64,000 nt of DNA from an uncultured bacterium (GTDB lineage Bacteria > Babelota > Babeliae > Babelales > Babelaceae), in contig CAVRKK010000002.1 of the NCBI GenBank assembly GCA_963722385.1, positions 1,056,001 to 1,120,000 of the forward strand, given 5' to 3'. Positions within the stretch are counted from its first letter, which is position 1. Every line of letters begins with the position of its first letter. Shown here piece after piece: positions 50,961 through 58,809 of this stretch. The position numbers were made by a program, and so were the translations under genes. The notes under the pieces are model-generated. The model saw only the letters and a list, made by a program, of their open reading frames with translations, did no database searches and was not told the DNA's origin.

Positions 50961-51410
50961 TTATACCTGATGAATAACGTAGGTAACGACTCCCCAGACT
51001 TCAAAGTCCATAGCCTCGGTGATTTCAATAGGCTTGTATTCATCGCTGTCGGGCATGAGGTAGAGTTTGTCTGCTTCGCGTTTGATGCGCTTAACGGTCA
51101 ATTCATCATTAATACGCGCGATGACGATCCTGTTGTTTAAAACTGACAGAGACCGATCAACGACTAATATATCATTTGATAGGATGCCCGCCTTGACCAT
51201 CGAGTCACCCTTAACGCGTATGAAGAAGGTAGAGGTGGGGTGGCTTATGAGCAGCTCATTAAGGTCGAGCGATTTATCGATAAAGTTTTCAGCAGACGAG
51301 GGAAATCCGGCGGCGACGCACCCCTCAAGCAAGGGTATAAGCAATTTTTTTACGTGCTCAGGGTAGGTAAGGAGCTCAATTTCGTCAAAGGTTTGCTTGC
51401 TTTTTGTCAT
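50961..51410 (-). CDS. umuD: Pol V accessory subunit, S24 peptidase
   Basis: AAGFPS cleavage site, V.GDSM, TVKR. Confidence 0.94.
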   Translation of the reverse strand: MTKSKQTFDEIELLTYPEHVKKLLIPLLEGCVAAGFPSSAENFIDKSLDLNELLISHPTSTFFIRVKGDSMVKAGILSNDILVVDRSLSVLNNRIVIARINDELTVKRIKREADKLYLMPDSDEYKPIEITEAMDFEVWGVVTYVIHQV

Positions 51411-51975
51411 TTCACCCTTGTTAATTAGTTTTTAATTATAACTTATAAGTAATATATAATTAGTATAAATATTATGTGCTTAAAGTGCAAACTTGCTATT
51501 TTAATTGCCGATTTGAATCGCCTGCCCAGCTGGGGCGACTACGCGTCGAGCGGCAGAAGCCAGCTTCTGCACTTGTTGCTTTTGCTGTTGTTGTTTTACG
51601 GCTTTATTTTTGGCATGTGTGAATGCCATAACCATGCGGGGCGCATGATCATGGCTCTTGCAATTCTCCTAACGGAGAATAGAAAGTCGTGCAGTCTTGA
51701 TAGAAAACAGGGAAAACTTTCGATCAGAGACAAGCTAAAATTGGATAAGCTTCTGGCTATATTCATTGGGAAACCTTAAGCCAAAAAAGAGCCCAATCAT
51801 ATGAGGCCAGATCTATGCGGGATTAACGATAGTTACTTCCTAATCAGAGCCTCTGCTCGGGTCTATGCATCAATGTTTCTGCTATTTTGTACAAAAATGT
51901 AATAAGAGTTTATGTTTTGTACAAACTCGAGGATTTAGAACGAGTCATTGGCCGCAAGGTAGCGTATCAACCTAG

Positions 51976-53157
51976 CTATTTAGCAAGCTTATTAATAAGA
52001 TCTTTTGCACTTACAAATGAAATTGTTAGATTTTCGTATCTTCTTTTAAATGAAGTATCAATATTACTTGCAACAACAAAGTTCTCTCCCTGAGGATAAA
52101 GACGACGAAAGGCGGTAAAATTTCTTACGAGATTGCCGGCAAATGCTGGCTTGGTGAGGTCAGAATCATCTAGCAAGCTGCTAAATTTACATTCTATAGC
52201 AGCAAGCGAGCCTGTTGTTCTATAGCGAAAAACAAAATCAATTTCATGCCCACGTTTATCACGCCAATAGTTAATAGCACGTGTTTGTAATTGCCCATGT
52301 ATTTCATTCAAAATACATTGTTCCCACATGAGCCCTAAATCTTCGACGCGTAATTCAGTTCTACCTTTAGCATAGGAAACAAATCCGGTATCAAATCCAT
52401 AGACTTTCGGTGCTAGAACAATCTCATTTGATTTATGGGTAGAATATGGTCTTATCACATGAACTACAAATGTTTCTTCAAGAACATGAAGATAGTTTGA
52501 GATTGTTTGCCTAGTCACCTCACAGAGAACAGCAAATCTTGTTGCTTCAAATATGCCACCACTATATGCCAATAATAATTCTAAAAACTTTTGAAAAGAC
52601 TGCCTTTTTCCAATGCTAAACATGTCTTGAATATCTTTGGCCCAATAAGCATCAATCCACTCTCGAAACTCGGCCTCTGGTAGCTCTTGTTTTACAAAAA
52701 AAGAAGGAAACCCACCAAATAAGAGTCGGTGGCGGAGGTTGTTATCGCCAAAAAGTTTCATCTCTTGGAGTAATAATGGCGTGAGCCAGATTTCTTTTTT
52801 GCGACCCGTTAACGTATCTTTAAATTTTTTGCTTGCACCTAATGTTGACGATCCCGTCGCAATTATTTTTATGCCAGGGTAATGGTCAGCCGCCAATTTT
52901 AAAAGCTCGGAAGGATTATCAAGGCGATGTATTTCATCAAGAACAATTGCTTGACCGATATAACTTTCTAAAAAACTTTCAGGGTCGCCTAATAATTGCC
53001 GTACTCGTGGTCGCTCGCAATCAAAGTATTTAACATCGGGAAGACTTTGACAAAGGCTTGTTTTGCCAATTCGCCGAACCCCCATAAGCCAGATAATATT
53101 TTTTTGTTGCCAGCCATCATATATCATTTTTTGCCAAAAAGGACGTTGTATAAGCAT
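51976..53157 (-). CDS. AAA_14 / DUF4143 ATP-binding protein
   Basis: GVRRIGKT, LDEIH, ATGSS, LTGR, PKVYGFDTG, YWRDK.GHEIDF...IECK. Confidence 0.92.
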   Translation of the reverse strand: MLIQRPFWQKMIYDGWQQKNIIWLMGVRRIGKTSLCQSLPDVKYFDCERPRVRQLLGDPESFLESYIGQAIVLDEIHRLDNPSELLKLAADHYPGIKIIATGSSTLGASKKFKDTLTGRKKEIWLTPLLLQEMKLFGDNNLRHRLLFGGFPSFFVKQELPEAEFREWIDAYWAKDIQDMFSIGKRQSFQKFLELLLAYSGGIFEATRFAVLCEVTRQTISNYLHVLEETFVVHVIRPYSTHKSNEIVLAPKVYGFDTGFVSYAKGRTELRVEDLGLMWEQCILNEIHGQLQTRAINYWRDKRGHEIDFVFRYRTTGSLAAIECKFSSLLDDSDLTKPAFAGNLVRNFTAFRRLYPQGENFVVASNIDTSFKRRYENLTISFVSAKDLINKLAK

Positions 53158-53178
53158 TAATGCTCTCCAGAGGAAGGG

Positions 53179-53247
53179 AAAACCAAATGTTAAGTAGTTT
53201 TAACATATATCCCGCCCAAACGCAAGATGGACTTAACACTTGGTTTT
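53179..53247 (-). promoter_or_regulatory. Inverted repeat bracketing the promoter of the DUF4143 ATPase
   Basis: AAAACCAAATGTTAAGT / ACTTAACACTTGGTTTT (17 bp, 1 mismatch) around minus-strand TTGCGT-17-TAAAAC. Confidence 0.6.
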
Positions 53248-53519
53248 AAACCAAAGCCCTGATGGACTTCAGACTACCTTTAAAACAGCGAAGCCCGCCT
53301 AAATCGCTGGCTCGCCCTTGTGGACCGGTCATACTTCAAACACTCGGCCTCAAAGATTAAGAAAACCTAATATATCTATAGCTTCTTTGTCAGCTTCACT
53401 GCTTTGTGCGAGAACTGGCGAACGTTTCCCAAATTTTGATAGTACAAAATTTTTCATATGGGAAAAAAGTTCGGGCCGGTATCTATCCTAGATAACTTTC
53501 TGACGTTGGAAAACGGTTA

Positions 53520-54206
53520 AGGAAACTATTTCACCGATTCCACAAGAAAAACTCAGAATTCGGATATAGCTTCCTTATGCCGAGTAAATTATTGCATATA
53601 CCAAATATATTTGGTAGTATAATATAAAATAGGATGCCTGGGCAGATACATAAGAAGGTAATACGAGTATGGAGGCATAAGTGCCGATCAGTGGAAAAGC
53701 AATGTGCAAACTCTTCGAGCGAGTGGGCTATAAAATTGTACCTGGCGGAAAAGGGAGCCATGTGAGCTATCCAAACCTAAAGGTTTTGGGCTTCCTGGGC
53801 TGAACCTCCATTGAGTGTTCATAGTATCTCCACAAGCGTCAACTTTCCCTGGCTCCCAGGGTAGATTACTCACTAATCTAACATACCTTTAACTAAATGC
53901 AAGAGCATCTTAAGCTGCTCCTTGCTTAACTTGTAAGCCCTTTTATCCAGGACCTAAAGGAACCTGGTTTTACGGGCTATTCTATAAAGCTTAAAAAGAA
54001 GCATTGTGAGACAATTGTTATTCCCAACCATAAGGAGGTTTTTTTTCGCTTTCTTCCTCTTCTTCACCCTGCTCCAAGCGAGCTCTTTTGGGCGATTCGC
54101 TTTCTTTCTCTTTCTCGCTCCTTGGTCGTTTGCCTTCCATCCCTATACTATAAGGGGTCTGCAGAAGACCTAAGCATGCTATACTCAGTTAAAAAATTTT
54201 CTTCAT
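53520..54206 (-). pseudogene. Decayed secreted effector-like gene (3' limit uncertain)
   Basis: ATG 54206 with AAAGG RBS: MKKIF/LSIACLGLLQTPYSIGMEGKRPRSEK/ESESPKRARLEQGEEEEESEK, followed by multiple stops. Confidence 0.55.
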
Positions 54207-54401
54207 GGCTACCTTTATTATGTATTAGCAATTGATGTAAATATTATATAATTCGAAGTATGCATAAGTCAATATTTTCGTAACGTTATAGAAGATTTCA
54301 TTTACCGTAGAATTGATTGCAACACCAAGTATTTTACATCTTGGAAAGATAAATTTTCTCTATAAAATCAAGCTCGGGCTACGGGGACGCTTACGCAGCC
54401 G

Positions 54402-54463
54402 ACTTCGCCAAGGCTTCCTACTTCGCTCCTTGAGCTTTGTAGGACAGGTCGCAGGACAGGTCG
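54402..54463. repeat. Nested REP-like elements
   Basis: ACTTCGCCAAGGCTT[CCTACTTCGCTCCTTGAGCTTTGTAGGACAGGT]CGCAGGACAGGTCG. Confidence 0.5.
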
Positions 54464-54938
54464 AAGGGCCGCCGCCTTGCACCAACACCAATATGCGTAG
54501 TAGCGCATATTGTGTCCGTAGCAGCCTTTGGTAACAAGGGCGTAAAGCGGAGGGATTTGTTACTTACGTGCCTCATCTTCTTTACGTCTATGATGCTTTA
54601 ACCATGCGGGGCGCAGGCTTAGAGTTACCGCAATCTTCCTGACGGAAGATAGAAAGCGATATTAAATTTTTATCATGGAGCGTAGCCTACATGATAAATG
54701 GCGTAAGTTATCGTACGCTTTTGCGTACGATAACGATAACTACTTACCAAGCCTATAAGCATTAAGTATAACGCTTTGGGATTGCTAAGGGACGATGTCC
54801 CTTAGCCGCTAGCCGCGCAGGCGATTCAGTTTAATTCAATTCAATTTTATTCAATATTGTCTGCAAATTTAAGAATCGCCTACCCTTGAAAGAACTACGG
54901 TAAAAATACTACGCTACCCTGATATTAGAGGGTAAGTA

Positions 54939-55832
54939 ATGAGATTACATGTCATGAACGCCAAGATAGGCGATATTGGCTACCTGGATAAACAGGGTTA
55001 TATTTATGAGCCTAAATTAGATGGCTATCGCGCCCTCTGCTACGTTGACGGCGATCTAACGTTTATGTCGAGAAACGACAAAAATCTTACCGCTGCCTAT
55101 CCTGAACTACTGCACTTTCGCCAGAATATACATGCGCACTCAGCAATCTTGGATGGCGAAATCGTTGCTTATGATCAACAGGGCAACCCCAACTTCGCTT
55201 TGCTCCAGCAAGGCAAACAGGCCTCGTATGTTGTTTTTGATATCTTAATGAAGGATGACGCATCACTTATTTCAAAACCCTTATTAGAACGCAAAGCCAT
55301 TCTATCTTCAACGGTCGTTGACGGTGAAGGTATTGAAAAAATATTTTATACCACCAAAGGACATGCCCTATGGGATGAAATAAAAAAAAGGAAAATAGAA
55401 GGGGTGATGGCTAAGAAAGCCAACGGCTTGTATTACCCCGATAAAAGAATCGATACATGGGTAAAAATTAAACTGGTTAATACGATTGATTGCGTTATTA
55501 TAGGCTACCTGGCTGGCAAAAGAGTAATAGCTTCGCTCGCATTGGGGCTCTATGATGAGGTAGGAAACCTCGTATATATAGGCAATGTTGGCACTGGTTT
55601 TGCTGAACAGATGACAACAGAGCTTGCTAGCATGCTTAAAAATATCACCGTAACCAGTCTTAGCGTAAAGAACGAAGCAGTTCTTCCGAGGAATATTATA
55701 TTAGTCAAACCAGTATTGGTCGCCGAAATCAAATACCTTGAAATGACGCCTTACGGCATGTTGCGAGCATCAGTCTTCTTGAGGCTCAGGAATGACAAAT
55801 TACCCAATGAATGCACCTTTCTCAACCAATAA
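54939..55832 (+). CDS. ATP-dependent DNA ligase (LigD-type ligase domain only)
   Basis: EPKLDGYR, LDGEIV, FDIL, EGVMAK, WVKIK, OB-fold with LR.DK. Confidence 0.92.
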   Translation: MRLHVMNAKIGDIGYLDKQGYIYEPKLDGYRALCYVDGDLTFMSRNDKNLTAAYPELLHFRQNIHAHSAILDGEIVAYDQQGNPNFALLQQGKQASYVVFDILMKDDASLISKPLLERKAILSSTVVDGEGIEKIFYTTKGHALWDEIKKRKIEGVMAKKANGLYYPDKRIDTWVKIKLVNTIDCVIIGYLAGKRVIASLALGLYDEVGNLVYIGNVGTGFAEQMTTELASMLKNITVTSLSVKNEAVLPRNIILVKPVLVAEIKYLEMTPYGMLRASVFLRLRNDKLPNECTFLNQ

Positions 55833-56108
55833 AGCGGAGTCGCCATGACAAGAATTCCATTACGCCCTCTGCTGAGCTTAGGTTTGCTATTTGCCGGCTG
55901 TTTAAAAGCGAGCGATTCCGGCGAATGGTTCTAGACCTGGCAGACCAGACTACGTTGAATGGGCTAAGCCTATATCTTGCATATTCTTATTCCGCAAGGC
56001 AGAAGATTCCTTCTTTGTCGCACGAGCTCTCTTACTCATGGGTACACCTGGAGTTCCCGGTTTTGAAGAGACAGATCAATACTTGGTAACTGAACGTGAG
56101 CAAGCCCT

Positions 56109-56156
56109 CGAGCAAAATTCAAAAGAGCACATGCTTATTTTTTGAATTTTGCTCGA
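56109..56156. terminator. Long hairpin downstream of convergent genes
   Basis: CGAGCAAAATTCAAAA...TTTTGAATTTTGCTCG. Confidence 0.55.
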
Positions 56157-56193
56157 AATCAAGGATGCTTTAGAGGTTCTTAGATACGAATAG

Positions 56194-58479
56194 TTAGAGA
56201 GCATTATTTTCTAATGGTTCATCTCTACCAAAGTTAACGCTACCTCTCTTACGATGCTGCAGGTATTTATAAAATAACCAGGTGCCAACTCCACCTATAA
56301 TGGTTACGAGAACAAGCCCTGCAGGAATACCGACGGTCGTTCCGATGATAAGACCTAAAGGTAGACTGCTGCCATCACCTGTTCCTGAGCCGAGCAGAGG
56401 AAATACTGACACATCATTTGATGCGCTATTAGCCGTTGCAAGCACTATGCCCCCCTCACTTAAACTAAGTGGTGAAAACGCTAGCGCTACATCATTGCTT
56501 GATTGGGCAGGTAAATCATAGGTTGTTCCTTCGCTTAAGACACCATGAGAAAAACTATAAAGCGTAATACTATTAGAATTGCTATTAGCTGTCGCAAGAT
56601 ATGCGCTATCAACTGAAGCAGCAATAAAAACAGGATATACGGTACCTTGAGGTAATGGATACGATTGACCTACCTCAAGTCCATCAGTTGTAAGAGGAAA
56701 GATTGAAATGTCATTTGAGGCGCTGTTTGCTGTAGCTATAAATAATTCATCAGTATTTGGGATAGATAAAAAGACGAGTGAATAAGGTGTGCTCGAATTG
56801 CTTGGTAAAAGCTGGGAAGATATAATACGCGCTGTGCCATTTATGAAAGCAAAGAGCGTTATATCATTGGAATAGGCATTTGCTGTAGCAAGATATGAAC
56901 CATTGGGAGAAAATGCTACTGCTACCGGCTCTTTGGATCCCGTTGGTAGCGCGTAGGAAAGAGCATTTACTAACGTTCCTCCAGCTACTTTAAAGAGAGT
57001 TATATCATCCGACTTGCTATTGGCAAGTGCCAGATAAAGATTATTGGGCGAAAAATTGACTGATACAGGGCTTGTAGAATTTGCTGGCAATGGATACGAT
57101 GCTGCATTTGTTAATTTGCCGCCCCCTAAGGTAAATAAAGTAACATCATTCGACTTGCTGTTAGCTGTCGCTAGATGCTCTATGTCGAATGAAAAGGCAA
57201 TACTTGAGGGAAATGATGACCCAGCAGGCAAAGGAGAAGATGCACCATTGTTAAGCATACTTTCAGAACTTACCGTAAAAAGCGTTACATCACTTGTCCC
57301 ATAGTTTGCTGTTGCAAGATATAACCCATTTCCTGAAAAAACAATTGCCACTGGATCTGTTGAGTTACTTGGTAATGAATATGATGTTGCAGGGCTGGTT
57401 GCGTTTGTAGCACAACCAACTGTAGGTAATATAACAACGGTGTTAGAATTTATATTAACAACAGCTAAATACTGGCCGGAAGGTGAAAATGTTAATGAAT
57501 AGGGATCTTGTGAACCAGATGGTAAACTATAGGAAGTAGCCCCACTGAGGACACCATCTGTTCCCATGTTAAAAATGGTAACATTATTTGAACCGCTATT
57601 AGCTGTGGCTACATAATTACCTAATGGTGAGAACGCTATTGTAGCTCCAGGAGTAGTAGAACCAGCAGGCAAAGGATAAGAAGTGCCATTGCTTAAGATT
57701 CCTCCTGCTTCTACGCTAAATACGGTAACATTATTAGAATTTCCATTATTAGTAACTAGGTAATTACCCGATGGAGAAAATGCTGCAGTACCAGGATACG
57801 TAGAACCAGCAGGCAAAGGATAAGATGCACCTCCACTTAAGGCTCCCTCTGCTCCTACTTGAAAGACGCTTACATCATTTGAGCTATTATTAGCCGTGGC
57901 TAAATATGCTCCGGATGGTGAAAAAGCAACTGAGCCTGTTAAAGAAGAGCCAGCTGGTAAAGAGTAAGTAATGCCATTGCTCAGGGCCCCTCCTGCTCCC
58001 ACACTAAATAGAGTGAGGTTGCTTGAGCTGTTATTAGCGACAGCCACGTAGTCACCTGCTGGAGAAAATGCTACTTTAACTGGGCTAGTACCTGAGGGCA
58101 ATGCATATGAGATACCAGCCGTTAACACTCCGGCTCCTACATTAAATACCGTAACATCATTGGAACCGTCATTCGTGGTAGCGAGATAGAGGCCATTTGG
58201 TGAAAAAGCTAAGCTCTGAGGAACGCTAGAACCGCCAGGCAAAGGGTACGATGTGCCAGCATTTAATACGCCTCGCGCATCTATGGTAAATAAAGTAACA
58301 TCATTTGAATTTTTGTTAGCAGTAGCGATGTAGGTCCCATTTGGCGAAAAAGCCACACTACAAGGACCAGTCGAGCTAGCAGGAATCGTATAGGATGTAC
58401 CAGATAGCAATGAGCATGTTCCTGAAGCTTGTATGTTTGCCACTAGAAATATGAGGCAGAATAAAGCAGTAAGTTTCAT
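56194..58479 (-). CDS. Double beta-propeller surface protein with C-terminal TM anchor
   Basis: About 14 repeats of the same unit as 30735-31880; signal peptide; LGLIIGTTVGIPAGLVLVTIIGGVGTWLF then a basic tail. Confidence 0.88.
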   Translation of the reverse strand: MKLTALFCLIFLVANIQASGTCSLLSGTSYTIPASSTGPCSVAFSPNGTYIATANKNSNDVTLFTIDARGVLNAGTSYPLPGGSSVPQSLAFSPNGLYLATTNDGSNDVTVFNVGAGVLTAGISYALPSGTSPVKVAFSPAGDYVAVANNSSSNLTLFSVGAGGALSNGITYSLPAGSSLTGSVAFSPSGAYLATANNSSNDVSVFQVGAEGALSGGASYPLPAGSTYPGTAAFSPSGNYLVTNNGNSNNVTVFSVEAGGILSNGTSYPLPAGSTTPGATIAFSPLGNYVATANSGSNNVTIFNMGTDGVLSGATSYSLPSGSQDPYSLTFSPSGQYLAVVNINSNTVVILPTVGCATNATSPATSYSLPSNSTDPVAIVFSGNGLYLATANYGTSDVTLFTVSSESMLNNGASSPLPAGSSFPSSIAFSFDIEHLATANSKSNDVTLFTLGGGKLTNAASYPLPANSTSPVSVNFSPNNLYLALANSKSDDITLFKVAGGTLVNALSYALPTGSKEPVAVAFSPNGSYLATANAYSNDITLFAFINGTARIISSQLLPSNSSTPYSLVFLSIPNTDELFIATANSASNDISIFPLTTDGLEVGQSYPLPQGTVYPVFIAASVDSAYLATANSNSNSITLYSFSHGVLSEGTTYDLPAQSSNDVALAFSPLSLSEGGIVLATANSASNDVSVFPLLGSGTGDGSSLPLGLIIGTTVGIPAGLVLVTIIGGVGTWLFYKYLQHRKRGSVNFGRDEPLENNAL

Positions 58480-58526
58480 CAAAATCTCCTTGCAAAAGAG
58501 TTAGCAAATCTTTTATAGATCGTAAT

Positions 58527-58625
58527 TAAAGTGACCCCCGTTATCAAGACACATCTCGCACCACAATGATAATGTCGTCATGAGACCACAATAGAGAGGT
58601 TAAAGTGACTCCCATTGTCAAGACA
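58527..58625. mobile_element. Two IS3-family-like terminal repeat remnants in direct orientation
   Basis: TAAAGTGACCCCCGTTATCAAGACA (58527-58551) and TAAAGTGACTCCCATTGTCAAGACA (58601-58625); no transposase. Confidence 0.55.
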
Positions 58626-58809
58626 AAAATTAGCTTGTATTTGAGAAAGCCTTTGTCCTCCATTTATGTTGATGATATCAGCTTTATTTAATTGGTTAGC
58701 AAATAATTTTGAGCATCCACTATTCCTAAAGTATGTTTCATCGGGTGTTTTATAACCAAGTGACTGATGAAATCTTTTTTTATTTTTTCATTACTATCCT
58801 TTCGGAAAG

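Noticed and set aside
51411..51480. LexA box upstream of umuD
   Set aside because: Only AT-rich weak palindromes; no recognisable SOS-box consensus
51474..51779. ORF track entries here and at 42585-42848, 55811-56089, 61863-62186 and the many short antisense ORFs inside genes
   Set aside because: No RBS or motifs; shadows of real genes or decayed DNA
54530..54740. MOBQ-type oriT
   Set aside because: The hairpin is followed by TTACGCC rather than TAAGTGCGCCCT, and there is no relaxase in the window
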